Source: Pavona decussata (Eukaryota). From it: DNA of 64,000 nt. The translations under genes were made by a program, and so were the position numbers. The DNA lies in NCBI GenBank assembly GCA_977016875.1, contig CDRNST010000080.1, positions 806,001-870,000 on the forward strand. The letters run 5' to 3'. The notes under the pieces are model-generated. The model worked only from the letters and a program-made list of their open reading frames with translations. It made no database searches and was not told the DNA's origin. This document shows, piece by piece, positions 48,888-61,854 of this stretch; positions within the stretch are counted from its first letter, which is position 1; every line of letters begins with the position of its first letter.

Positions 48888-50102
48888 GGCGCTAAGCACG
48901 TGCAGCAAGGCAGAAATACAACCAACACAAAGTTGATCATTACTTTAATTTCTTTATTCAAGGTAAAGACATCACATTACAAATATGAAATATCATACTG
49001 CGTTCTCTGGCGTGTTGTTTTTTAAAGTCTCTTGAAAATGCTGATACGTTGCAAACTGGTACATGAAATCGAACATCAAGCACGTCCAGTCGATAGCACG
49101 CAAGATAGCTTCCCATTCTCGCCACAAAAAAGTTATCAAATCGACGAAAACCCAAGCAAACGATGAACTGCACGAATGTCAACATAGGCAACAAACAGCC
49201 CATAATTTTGCTATTCCATATTTGGAAGTCAAATCTCAGACCCAGTCTTCAACTGCCATCCGGACTCGGAAACGATGGCTTCGTTCGTTTCGACAAAGCT
49301 TCACAGTTGAACACGTTAGGTTTACATAATTTACGGTTTACTTGTGGAAATTTTATACTGCCTAATCGCATCATCGCTAACCATATCAACAGTTCCACTG
49401 TTTAAAGTCCTACTCCAGCTAAAGGAATATAATGTACAAGGAGGTTAAGTCTAATGCCGTGTGTTAAGTCAGGCGCCCGCGCGGGCTCCTTGTACCGAAA
49501 TTTGGTCGCCCATGCTCTTACCTTGGGCGCCTCTGGCGACCGGGCGCCCGTTAGGCAGCAGCCTTGGTGTAACACTTGTGAGATGTGGCTAAGAATGACA
49601 GTCACTAGTACTGCACATGCACACAGTGCTAACTTATAGCTACTGAAATGGGAACCCAAGGCCACGTTTGTAGCATTACCTCCTTGATGTAACTTAAAAA
49701 AAATGTATATTAAGCTCGAGAGTCAGTTTTCAGCTGTAGTCTGTCTCGCCTGAGTGAAATGTAACAGTAAATACTAGCAACAAACTTTTCAAACTGGCAT
49801 TCTTTGGAGGAGACAAATGTCTAATGAGAATTTAAAGATAGCTTCCAATAAACCAACCCAAGTTTGTGTTCTTGAGTATTCTGCAATTCTGGGTTTAAAA
49901 GTACAACAATTATTTTAATATTTTCTAGGGCTTTCAACAACTACTAAAGATTGTCAAGGGCTCCAGATGAGCCCAAATTTCTCCAACTAAAACAACTGGA
50001 CCAACATATCTACAAGATAATCACTAAAATAATAATATTGTCCAAGACCTTCTATTACTAGAAAACATCACAACAGAACCTCAGGCCTTTCAGGATTTCC
50101 AG

Positions 50103-50192
50103 TAGTCTCCTTCGAGCCACTCGGGCTGGAGTCGCGCAATGCTCCCTGTGGGGAGCGTTGCGTGACTCCGGCCCGAGCGGCTGCAGAGACTA
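50103..50192. mobile_element. Short hairpin MITE
   Basis: TAGTCTC...CTCGGGCTGGAGTCGCGCAATGCTCCC / GGGAGCGTTGCGTGACTCCGGCCCGAG...GAGACTA. Confidence 0.75.
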
Positions 50193-50330
50193 GATTTCCA
50201 GGAGCTGAATGGACCCTGTACACAACATTTTCATGCCACAACAAATATTAATTATGTTAAAATAGTCAAAATCACACATCCATTTTCCAGTGAATTCATA
50301 GCTGTTTTATTGTTGATCTGTTTACAGCCT

Positions 50331-52156
50331 TTATTTTCCTTCCCTCTTCTTACTCAGCACAGCCTCTTTAGCTGCCCTCCTCCGCTCCACTGTAAGCATT
50401 TCAGCTCGTTTTACGCTCTTCGCATGAGGGTTCAGCTTCATTAGGATGCCGATGTTCTTCAGAGGATTCTTCTTACGGATGGCTCGGCGGGTCTTTGATG
50501 GCCTGAAAAAAAAGTTGGCAACTTATTACCCTTCCCGTCCTAACCTTGATGTAATAATTCCCTTTCCTGTATTTACTAATTGAAGGGGTGCATGGAAGAA
50601 GGCCCTAATTGACACTTGATGTAAGATCAAATTCTCCTTTTGTTTCACAAGTGATTACAAAGCAATTAGGAAGGAGAATCTGGCAATTTATTGGATTTCA
50701 CTAAGGGCTTTATTTTCAGGCACCCATTCAATTCTAGTATACAGGCCTCCTAAACGGGGGTGTTGTGGATCCTTAATTTTACAGGGGTTAGAATAACACG
50801 CGACCTACCGTCTTCAAAAGAGTCCGATAAAGTTACATTATGGTGGACGTCAATCAACGAAAAGCCATCTCAATTATTTTAAATTCTGACAAGATTCCAA
50901 GGTAACCCAGCAAGAAACTAAGAATTTTACCTCGCTAAGATAATAATAATAATCTTAATAATCTTTAAGAGAAGGTAAACTTTATTTAAATTGATTTCTG
51001 AGCCAGATCAACGGAAAATAAAAGGTATTTTTGAATTAAAAATTCTAATTTTTACTGCACGTGATAATTTGCTCACTTGCACACGTCACTGATTTTGCAA
51101 AATTATTATGGGTAGCTATTATAAAATGTTACAAAAAAGGTTTCATCTAAACAATGCCCATTCTTTTAGATAAACTGGCTTGGAAATCAAATAATTTCAA
51201 TGGCTTTTCTATGATTGATGTCCACCAAGGTCGTGTGTTATTGGTAACCACTGCAATATGTGCTTAATTCACATTCATTTCCTGTACTTCAGTCACTTTA
51301 CATGTAAAAGCTATTACCCATGAGGGTTCTGTCAACATTATAAATAAATTTACATTTACTTTGGAGAAACTCTCTAGAGAAGATCTGACAATCATTGTTA
51401 CGTTAAAGCTAGGGATAAAATGTACCATCTACAAATCTGTACATTTTTTAATAGTGGCACATATGTACAACGCTGCAAAATCTTACCTCTTACTTTCAGT
51501 GTATAGATTTTGGTTTCATATGTAAACAAATATTGTTTTTGCCCTTAGTTTTCAAGCAAACAGCCCACAAATGAGCCAGACAGACAAGAATCACCAAAAA
51601 CTGTGGCCTATTTTAGCCCTTTGAAATACCACTGTGTGATAACGAGAGAAATCTGGCAGCAGCTAAATGAAAGTTCTTACAAGCATTTGATGAAATCTCA
51701 TTCCTCAAAAAGTGACAGCTAAAGGCCCTCACAAAGCAAGGGAAGATAGTGTGCTTTTTCTTACCCTGCAGGTCTGATAACAGACTGTATCTCCTCGCTG
51801 TTGATCAGACGATTGAGGTCCGCATTGCTCATGATTGGCCGTGGAAGGCTGTTAAAACAAACAAAACTATCAAATAAATGCTACTTAGTTCTATACAAGA
51901 TTTAGCATGTTTCATTCACCAGAATTTACTTGGCGAGCATCAAGCCAAGCAAAGGCTTGACTATCAAATGAAATAACATCAACAATGAGGTATTAACTTA
52001 TAAAAAACTAACATTTGATTTGATTTGATTTGTGTTGTGTTTAGTTGAATTGATTTAAATTGCTTTGATTTAAAAGGGGATACCCTCGATAGGGATAACC
52101 TCTGGTATCTCCTGTTCATGGTATCGATGTTTACATTGTTCAGATTGAAGAAAGCC

Positions 52157-52202
<46 letters not shown>

Positions 52203-55200
52203 TATTATCATTAACTTACTTGAAATCCTTCTTTTCAGTGGATGGTTTCTTCCCTGTTCCATACAAGCCATCAAGCTTCTCAATTGCTCCTTTGCTCCAG
52301 ATACAGAACCTAAGAGTAAATGTATTGCCAAGAAATACATTGAAAACACACACCTTGGGGCTAGCAGTATTGACACTTTTTGCTAACATAGTGAGCTACT
52401 GGGAGCAACTGACTCAAGTCAAATTTTCTGCCTTTCTTCAGTTTTGTTCAGATTTCAAATTATTTCCAAAATAATGTGCCAGAATATTATGCTATTGATA
52501 TCACAAGTTTCATATTTCACCTAAAAGGTCATATTGCTGAACCGTAAATATGCAAGCTTCAGAGAGTTTTGTTCAGAAGAAAATTCATTAGTGAACTATA
52601 AAAACCTTAGAGTGCATATTTCTTGAGGCTATCAGTCTGATAGTTTCCCTTGGAAATTTGACGTTCTGAAAACTAGCCTACAAGTCCTCCAAGCTTTGCA
52701 TCACTTTTCCTACATCAAACAGTGATGTACCACGTATGAACACTTTTATGCCAGAAACTTGAGAAAATTTGGTAGTGAACTATAAAACAAGATAAAAAGT
52801 TGAACCACCTGTAAACTTCTGGTCCACTTAAGAGAGGTGTCCACTTATGGGGAATTAAAAAATTTAATGTAGTGTTTGTATATAGCTGAGAACATGACCA
52901 CGTGTCCGGTTACAAGAAGTGTCCGCCTACAGGAGGTGTTTGTTAGCTTTGGTTCAACTGTAATGATACTAAATTCCTTTTACCTGCCCATGTGACCACC
53001 GGGACAAAGCTTGAGGAGATTCAAACGATCCACTGACAGAATATCAACGCCTGGTAAATTGCGGAAGGCTTTACTGATCCCATGATCTTCATTGTAAATG
53101 ATGAGTGGTCCTTTGCGCATGACGGTCCTGCGGTTACGCATCTTGCCCTGATTTAAAATTTTGAAAGAAACAGTAAATGTAAATAACAACTTAAGCAAAC
53201 AGTCAGGTACAGAAGTCAATACCTGTAGTCCTTGCTTTACTACATATAAGATCCCTAGTTTGTTGCAGTACCAGTTAAAAGTTGACAACGAGGATCAAGT
53301 GGAGAATCGCAACTTGATTCACTCAAACTCTTCTTGACCCCTACTATTACATGTAGATTTTTCAGGAGAATTGCTGATTCAAAACATCCCTAATTATTCA
53401 TACAAGAATCTAGTTTTGGAGGAACTCTTTATATCTTGAGGAAAAAACAATAATTGCAGATGCTGGTCGCTTTACAAGCACAGAAAATAGAAAGGCTTGT
53501 GCCGCAGATCAGGTCAGTGGAATCAATCTGCATGTGAAAGATTGGGTAACAAGAATGGTCTCTATGGCCTACTGGGTGCAAATAAAAACCTTCAATAGCC
53601 CACTTTGAAAAAGAGTGATGGCCTGGGTCGAGAGTAACTACCCAAGTGATTGTGGGATTGTTTGGGGGGACGATGGCTATTGTTATCGTCCCCCCAAACA
53701 ATCCCACAATCGCTTGGGCAGCTACTCTCGACCCAGGCCATCACTCTTTTTCAAAGTGGGCTATGGAGCAACTTCTAGGTAAAGTTTCCGGTTGGATAAA
53801 GCCAAAATAGCAACTTCTACAAACAGAAACCCCTTTCAATGTCATAAAACGAAAACAGAAGCCTTTTAACTGCCCTGTTGAAAATTCTGGGAAGATTTCA
53901 CTTTTACTTCAAATCTTTTTTAATTGTTTTTACCACAGGGAGTCGCAAAATTAATAAATTTTCATCAATATTTATTATAGGCAGCATTACTGCTTCTCCC
54001 TTCGGCAGTTTTGCAAAGTTAGTATGAATCCTACATTCGCTGTTTATTTATTTGATCATCACAAGAGCGACAGTGCCTTTTCACTTCTTGCCAACTTGAG
54101 CCAATTTTAACCCTAACCCATTCAAAAAAACTTGGCAGCAACCTCTTGGAGTCTCAATGTTTCATTGATTGGCATTAAATATTTTTTGTTTTGGTTATAA
54201 AGTTTATCGAGGAATCAGTTAAGCAGCAAGCTCATTATTTTTTCTCAAACTCATGAGACGTGATACTCGACTCAACGAATGGGACTCAAAAGAGACTCTC
54301 AACTTACTTTTAACCGGTACGGTAAACATAACAATTAAAATTACTTAATAATGTGATCATCTAACTTATATAATAAGGAATTTTATGAGCAACAAAGTGA
54401 TTTAATTACAAAAAAAGACAATGTGGAAGTCTCAGCAGAAAAAGAAATATGCCAACCATATTCCTTTGAAAAACTGAGAAAGAACTAAATTCACCCCTGG
54501 CACTAACGCGAATATAATCAACTTACTTTGCCTGCACGGATCTTTTTAGATTCCTTGCACTTGTCGACATCCCCATACGCATTAACAGCTTTCAACAGTT
54601 TAACAGCAGCACTTGTCTTCTGCAGGGATTCAATGCTGTCAGATACAACAAGTGGGACCTCAGGGATCTCATCCACACGATGACCACGAGCCATGACCAG
54701 TGCGGGGAGAGCTGAGGCAGCCAGTGCTGAGCACATGGCAAAGCGACGCTGTTTCTGGTTGATCTTACGGTGCCAGCGGCGCCAGGTCTTTGTAGGTGCA
54801 AACATACGGCCACCACGGCACATCTAAAATTAATTACAAGTTAAGGATGCTAAAAAACAACAAAAAAGATAATGCTATCATAAGAACATCTAGCTCAGTT
54901 CACTGTGTATAATTATAATGGTTCTTAATTAACAGGAGACTAAGTATAAAATTTGCATTTTTGACTTCTCAAAATTCATTAACTGCTTTTATTTTGCACA
55001 ATGTCATTTTGAAGGAGATTCAACCCTCTCCTACCTCATGTACTATTTCTAATTTATTTTCAGTGACGAAGGTTTGAGGTTATGTCAGTCATCACAAGAC
55101 CAAAGGGGGCAGTGTTTGAAAAAGAACATTTAATCAACGGTGGGTACTTAACGAAGGAGATATGGTAATGAAATATGAGTTATTTTATCACATAAAAGTT

Positions 55201-57262
55201 ACTGAATGCTTAATTTCTGGAGAAGGCGTTTTAAATACTATACTGCCAAGTCCTTGCTAAAAGACAAGAGCAAAAACCTCTTATTTCTTCCAACAAACTC
55301 TGCTTTGCACTGCATTTTCAACTCAGCCACTGTGTGTTCATACATATAAGTAATGAAAACAATCCAATGTTTGAAACTTCCAGTACCAACAAAACCTAGC
55401 AAAAGCACAAAACTATCTGAATTTCTGAAGCTTTCCAAAACAATAAATGTGACTATATCCACCCTTGGCCTGTTCACCAGGAGTCAACAAAGATAACCTC
55501 ATACAGCAGAACCAATTTTACAGTACAATAATTTGAATATTTTATTGTGGAAAGGATACATTGCCAAAAGCACCCTGACCGGAGCGATGGGTTCCACCAC
55601 CCCTCACACGAGGAATCCTGGCCACAGCACGGCCTGTACCCCAGGACTCGGCAGAGGTCTGGTGGCCAGCAAGCTTGTTTACAGCGTACGCTTGCCGCTT
55701 ATTCTTGGCCATATTGGTGTGCACAAAGCCGACCACATCAGGACGGATTGGAGCTTTGAAGACAGCAGGGAGGGTGGTCTGACCTGCGTTTTCTCCTGCC
55801 TCATCATAGATCGTTATTAAAGGTCTAGCCGCCTTATTAATAATGAAACAGAACAGAATCAATACCACAATTGAGGTAATCTTGAAGGGGATTTTTAAAA
55901 AAATTATTTCCCTCTGCCTTTGAGAGTCACGAAGGCATGAATTGACAGTAAGAAGTTACTTTGTTTCAAATATAAATTAGAAACATTCTTATAACAAAGA
56001 ATTTGGTTTTCATTCATCAACCAAGCAATTTCACTTTTGGAAGTTGAAAGTAATGCTTAGAGACTTCTTGGTTGAATTATCAGCACAAGTTCAGGGTTGC
56101 GGACAGATACAAGTAACCTCATTTTGACATTTTTGCTAATTTTTGGAAATTTCCAAGTGAAACAACTAATTCCTTGTACAGCAGATTCAATTTCATATCC
56201 AAATTAACTGCCAAATTTCTGCCTAAATTGACTGTTTTGAACTGTACACAACATGAATTTGGAGTAAATTCAGCAAAAACTGCCAAACAACCAGGATTTA
56301 AGGCCGGTGTACACGCCGTGATTTGCCAGCCCAACTAGTCAGCTCGACAGTATCAAATCTTATCTATTTTGACAACCAAATTCAATGTTGAATTTGGACT
56401 GACATGGCAGTTTCTTTGAGATTGCTGGCCTGATTTAAAAAAAAATCAGACTTTCTGAATCGGGCTAAGTTCCATTTCACAAATCAGCTATAAATTGGGT
56501 GACTAAAAACACAATCTGCTCTAGCTGGATTAAGAAATCAGGCCAAGCCATCTCACCATGTAATCCGGCAAATACAGTGCAACAAGACATAAATAATAAT
56601 CACCAAGAAATTATGGTGCTACTGTATCAACAACTGTGTCAGTAATCAAACTATAACAGCAATGTTATTAGGAGAAGGAAGGGGGGGGGGGGGGGGGGGG
56701 CAGTGCTTACAAATGATTTTCGGATAAGTTCACTTGACAAGCAAATAATCTCGTCAGTACCAAATATATAAACACAGCAACCAAAAAATTGATAGTCTCC
56801 AAATTTGGCAGTGAATTCTGTTGGGTTATTGAAAGCAAGCAATAGACTCCCGCTAGGTGTTCTTTAATGTTCTGGAGCAATTCACAGAATAATTTTTTTT
56901 AAATCGAACTTCCTGGATAAAAGGGACACTTGGACGAAGTTTGAAGAAGGTTGTTCGTTTGGACCGGCTGAAGGCTTTCAATAGGAACAGTCCAATATGA
57001 TCCAACGAACCTACAACTGATCTTTTATACCAAAACCGAATTTATATATAAGACATAGAAGCTCACGAGAATCCACGTTGTGAAATTCGTGAAATGCAGT
57101 GGCCAACTACACAGAACATTCTGATAGAATCTGTGGATGTTTTACCCTCAAATCTGGCATATTTGTAACTTGGAATTTAATGAGTCTATTTGAACTACAT
57201 TTATGCTATTACATGAACAAGAAGGATACAAAAAGTTCAAATTATTCCCTTCCACCTACCAT
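50331..57262 (-). CDS. RPL4: 60S ribosomal protein L4 (uL4), 360 aa, 7 exons
   Basis: Exons 57260-57262 (ATG), 55560-55832, 54527-54823, 52984-53147, 52220-52309, 51765-51848 and 50331-50502, all GT-AG with consistent phases. Signature peptides [47 protein letters not shown] and KKNPLKN. AATAAA ~20 nt after the stop. Confidence 0.97.
52157..52208. repeat. (TTA)n microsatellite in RPL4 intron 5
   Basis: Read directly from the sequence. Confidence 0.95.
53595..53764. repeat. Near-perfect 170-bp palindrome (MITE-like) in RPL4 intron 3
   Basis: About 80-bp arms with 3 mismatches and a ~10-nt loop. Confidence 0.9.
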
Positions 57263-57275
57263 TTTATCGTAAATT

Positions 57276-57303
57276 CAAGATGGCCGGCGAAAAGAGAGAG
57301 AAT
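57276..57303 (-). promoter_or_regulatory. RPL4 TCT/5'TOP pyrimidine start with a downstream YY1-like site
   Basis: The minus strand reads ATTCTCTCTCTTTTCGCCGGCCATCTTG just upstream of ATG|GTAGGT, the standard ribosomal-protein promoter layout. Confidence 0.75.
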
Positions 57304-57959
57304 GTACCACGTGTGTTTGAATAAAAGGGGCGGCCCAGCGAAATCTCAAGGGTTAGTCCGGAGCCCAGTCTCCACGCTGAGGTAAATCGAAAAATTGACA
57401 TTTTGGCATTGAAACCGGTTGAGCCGGTATCCCCAGGTTGCTTGAGGTTGCTTGAGTGCCTACAATTTTAAACTATCGATATCTATCTATATTCCTACAA
57501 CGAGAAAACTAAGATCATGGAACTTTCTCCTTCCTTTCATGTAAAATAAATAATTTCATTGATCGTGAGTAGACCAACATGTTCCTATGAACGTACACTT
57601 CAAGTTGTATAATTTGCTGAAGCGTTTGGTACAACGCAATGTCCGAAATGTACTGTTATGCCGTACTAACGGTTAATAAAGTCGTAGCAAGAACTGTGTA
57701 CGTGTTGTAAGTAATCGTGTTGTGAAAAAGTAATATAAGTAAGTGCAGTGTAGTCTATATACCCGGCGTTCTGTTCCGTCAAGTAATGTGTTGCAGTAGG
57801 TAATGAAAGGAGACCAAAAACAGTTAAACACTAAATTTCTCCAAGTTGATTGGTTTAAATTGATCACGAACATAATCATAAACATCAACAAATGAAGAAT
57901 AAATGGCAAGGAACATCAGCTCGAAATAACAGCTTCATATGGTACAGGGAATCCACCAG

Positions 57960-58289
57960 CCCGGGGGGGGATTGCCGGGGACGCCAAGGAATTTTGGGTG
58001 GGGGTGTGTGGTTTGGTTGTCCAAACCCTGACCCTATTCCAAAGCAAAATGTACCATTTTCCGGTGCCCTTTTTCAGACCTGACCTCTGAAATTAAAACT
58101 AATTTTTAGACCTGGTTTCTAGGATCCATATCCGTTTCTGTAAAATCTATACCCGTTTTTCAGACTTTCCGAGGACCAAAATGGGTTAATATCTACACCC
58201 TATTTCTGACCTAAACGGCGCCCTATACCTTGGCGCCGCATACCTACATAGCTTATATAGGGGAGTACCTCCCACCCACCCCCCCCCCC
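57960..58289. mobile_element. Degraded MITE with CCCGGGGG / GGGAGTAC-CCCC ends
   Basis: G/C-rich termini and repeated internal ACCC(G/T)TTTTCAGAC motifs. Boundaries approximate. Confidence 0.55.
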
Positions 58290-59544
58290 TCAATCCTCAA
58301 GACAATGGACAATAGAAATGCATTATTCAACTTGCATGGTTTACCATGTCTTTTCATTTTAATCTATCGCCTAAAAGGCAAATTGGTGAAATGTAAATTT
58401 TCACTTGAAAATTCTGCAATTAAAATAATTTAGAGTGATTCTAGTTCGCACGACTAGCGGTCTGATAGTGTCCCCTGGAAACTTTTTTTTATGCCCCTTT
58501 AGCACTTAATCCCTTGCAGTCCGCTTCGGGTTTATTTGCTTTTATATCAGCTTCCAAATTTTTGCCGACGACTTTTAGCCGATCTGAACCCTTCGGTTGC
58601 TTCTGTTGTTTAAATAGAAAAGGAAATAGAGCAAGTTTGAATTCAGCATTGGATGGAGAGGTGGACTGAAGAGGCTGGCCCGGAAAGGCCAGTCAATTTT
58701 CACTGGAATGGTCAGACCGTCTTGGCTTTACGTACTGAAACTTCCGGTAATCCGAAAACAACAAACTACGCCCATTTATATAAGACCAAGAGAGGATGTC
58801 TCTTGATAAGACATATTCTATTTCACAACCTGTAGTTCTGGTAGTTAGTCACCGTACACCGTTAGCCATCATAACTATAGCAAGATCAAGTACCGTACGT
58901 ATATTTTCTATAAATATAAGCATGCATGTATAAATATCATGGGTTTATTCAGGGATTTGCTCAGTGATGGAGTTTAACCGGATTGCTGGATGGAATTGGC
59001 CAAAAATCCTGAACTGTCAACAGAGAAAAGCCGCATTTTCTTAATCGTGAGAAAAGAAGCCAAACAAATTATTGAAAGTTGATGAATAACTATAAAAACG
59101 TTAACATAAAGCTAAAAAGTGGTCAAACATTTAACGGATAACTGTGAAGAGATTTCAGCTCCCCACATTTAGAACTAAAGACCCTCCTATACTCTACAAG
59201 ACGGCTTCAAATACCTGCACTTTAAACAACAGTATGAACTAATTATATATAATTATATCAAGGATTAGTGAAGCCTTTACATTAGCAAGCTTTTAATCAA
59301 CAGTTTACTATAACAACATACTTTAATAAGCACTATCTTTGAAAGTGAGGAAAGAATTTTACATTAGCATAAGTCAGTTCAAAATTGTTCAACAGAGTAA
59401 ATGCACACTAAACTGCTTTAGTTACAATGAGACCGCGCTACCGTCGGTAAATGAACCGATACTATGTATTCAGGTTAAGCCAGAAAGCGATTTACGTCCA
59501 GTTCCTCATGAATAATGATATATCTCGCAAGGTCTGATGCACAG

Positions 59545-60042
59545 TCAAGTGTAAACAACAGTATAAACGCTCACTCCAAAGGCAGCAACATTGATCAGAA
59601 CTCGCACTAAATGAGCCCTAGCCCACTTGACAACACGATCCACCACATACGCGTGTTCCTTCTTGGAGCAGGTATTCTCATCAAGGATAGGATCGATGAA
59701 ATACGGCTTCAAAACCAGCAAGGTGTAAGGCATGTTAAACAAGAGCAAGCCAGCGACGATCAGCCAAGGAAAACCCCGGGAACGGTCCATATAGTACACG
59801 GCAACACCGGAGAGCTGAGGGAACACGGACAGGCTCATCATGAGACGGGCACAGCGATGGAAGCTTGTCAGCCATTGGCGGTGAATTGCTACAGGGTCTT
59901 TCATGGTCATTCGTGACGGTTGCTCCACAGCTACCACGTACATTGCTATGCCCGTCATAAGGCCGCAAAGAAACGTGTTGATGAACTCGATCAGAAGAAA
60001 AATCTTCTCTGGATTCAAATCGGACACGTCAAAGCTTGCCAT
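59545..60042 (-). CDS. DUF1772 / anthrone-oxygenase-like four-helix membrane protein (165 aa, intronless)
   Basis: ATG at 60042; the ORF-track extension upstream uses a non-ATG start. Motifs G.AMYVVAVEQPSR, RQW..SF.R, PYT..V.KP and W...H.VR; clearly paralogous to 61855-62328. Confidence 0.8.
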   Translation of the reverse strand: MASFDVSDLNPEKIFLLIEFINTFLCGLMTGIAMYVVAVEQPSRMTMKDPVAIHRQWLTSFHRCARLMMSLSVFPQLSGVAVYYMDRSRGFPWLIVAGLLLFNMPYTLLVLKPYFIDPILDENTCSKKEHAYVVDRVVKWARAHLVRVLINVAAFGVSVYTVVYT

Positions 60043-61854
60043 AGCAAAGTCGTTTTGGTTGCACTTTTGATCGCCGAAAAAAAATTTAGAGAGTATAAAC
60101 TGACGCTTACTATAATTAGCATTTGGCAAAGGGACGCTAACCGCTTGTCAAAATATACAATCACATTACACCACCCATGGCGTGATAGCGTGACATGACC
60201 TAAATTAATTTTTAGGAGCAAAGAAAAACTGTGACAGTTGTCAATAATGGAAAAGGGTTAGGTTCTTGGGCAGGTAGGCCAAGAGCAACGTAAATTCTTG
60301 TGTGCATGCAGAAAATAATCAAAATAAATCAAGCCGTCTATTCCCAAATTTATTGGTGAGAAAGCGAAATTGTGATTGGTCATTATCTTGTTGAAGGTAG
60401 AATGGACAAGATACGGTTGAAATTAATTTACATTGGCAGGTTATTGACACGCAACTTGTGACAGCAGGGGTTTCATTTGGTAACAAGTCACGAAATACGT
60501 CTCCTTTCTTCTCAGTCCTAGAGCCGATGTACAATGTAAGCCCCGCTCTAACCTTGCAGCGTAACAATACAAATAATTTTCATGCACCGGCAGCTTAATT
60601 AAACTATAGTGCTGCTTATTTCTCCAAATTTTACCATAAAATATTTTCTTTTCACTTCTGAGACGTGAATGGGTCAAAAGTTCAAAGGGAATATCAAAGA
60701 AAAGTTTAATTTAAAAAGCGTAAGTGATCCCTCCCTGGTACAATAATAGCGTATGCAAATCAGCCGAGGATTCTGTGACGATCCATCTTGTGTTCAACTC
60801 AGACAGAAAACTGACCTCAAAAGTAACACAGCTGTAAAATGAAACCAGAAGACACTTTGAAGTTAATCAAACTCGCCTCAACAATAACCACGGGAATCAT
60901 GGCTGGCGCGGCGCTTTATACCATATCAACCATAGGGGGCCCACACAATGTGTCTGTGTAGCCGATTGTTATTATATAGTAAATGCACTGGATTTACCGT
61001 TTGCTTCACCTATAGCGATATATCGCTAACTATGTATATAAATCAATGATAAACAAACGTTGAATTACCTTATCTGTGGTATATAGTCGTCCTTTTACCT
61101 CAAAAGCGGTTTTGTGAGCGATATATATGGAACAGTCAACGGCGAACTCAAACTCCTTCAAAATCGCTCACAAAAGAGACCAAGGTTTAGACTACAGACT
61201 AGTTACACACGTACACCACGGTTATAATCTGTGCTATGGTAATTCTGCACCAGTTAGCCGTATGTCAACAGAACAAACAAATTAAACATTATTTCCATGC
61301 CGGACTCTCATAATCTTCGCTCTTTGCGTTGATATATATATTTCATTTTGTAATAAATATAATTCACTAATCTGACCCCCACTGTAATTCAGTTACACGT
61401 AGCCTGCAAAAGTGGTGAATAAACGTATTTCACATTGTATTAGACTGTAGATGGATATTCCACGTTCAATGATACTGGAACCAACCGATAAATTCCGGAT
61501 ATAAGCTCCTTCGAAAATTAAAGCCCACCGCCTGAATGAAAGCCCCACAAATTTCGGAAGCCGCAAACATGCTTCCGGATTTACTATAACAGAATTCCTT
61601 TTTGTCTTCCTATCAGTATATTATGTTTTTGAACTTATTTCATTTTCTATTTTCTTTTTCTTATTACTTTTTGTGTTTACGTCCTTTGCGTGTAATTTAT
61701 GCAGCTGTTATCATGAATTAAAAATTCCACCCTTTCTGTAATTAAATTCACCAGTGTCTGTTCACGTAAGCTGTACTGAGACTGCGAGCCGGAACGGACA
61801 TCGCGCGCGAAGGCAAAACTTGTGTCGTGAATCGTAATCAATCTTTATTGAAGC

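Larger units (their letters stand above)
43291..49566 (-). mobile_element. Full-length hAT DNA transposon (hAT5-type, 5-bp TSD), 6276 bp
   Basis: Perfect 16-bp TIRs CAAGGCTGCTGCCTAA (43291-43306) / TTAGGCAGCAGCCTTG (49551-49566). GTGTA on both flanks. Subterminal GGAGCCC/GGCGCCC repeats and an internal hAT transposase. Confidence 0.92.

Noticed and set aside
52118-52474. Poly-Leu and poly-Ile ORFs
   Set aside because: Translations of the (TTA)n microsatellite.
50503-57259. Intronic snoRNAs in RPL4 (vertebrate RPL4 hosts U16 and U18)
   Set aside because: Isolated C-box-like words (e.g. 55089-55095, 54056-54062) and a 12-nt 28S-like match (TGAAATACCACT, ~51622) lacked a properly spaced D box, terminal stem and guide. 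Needs a snoscan or Infernal search.
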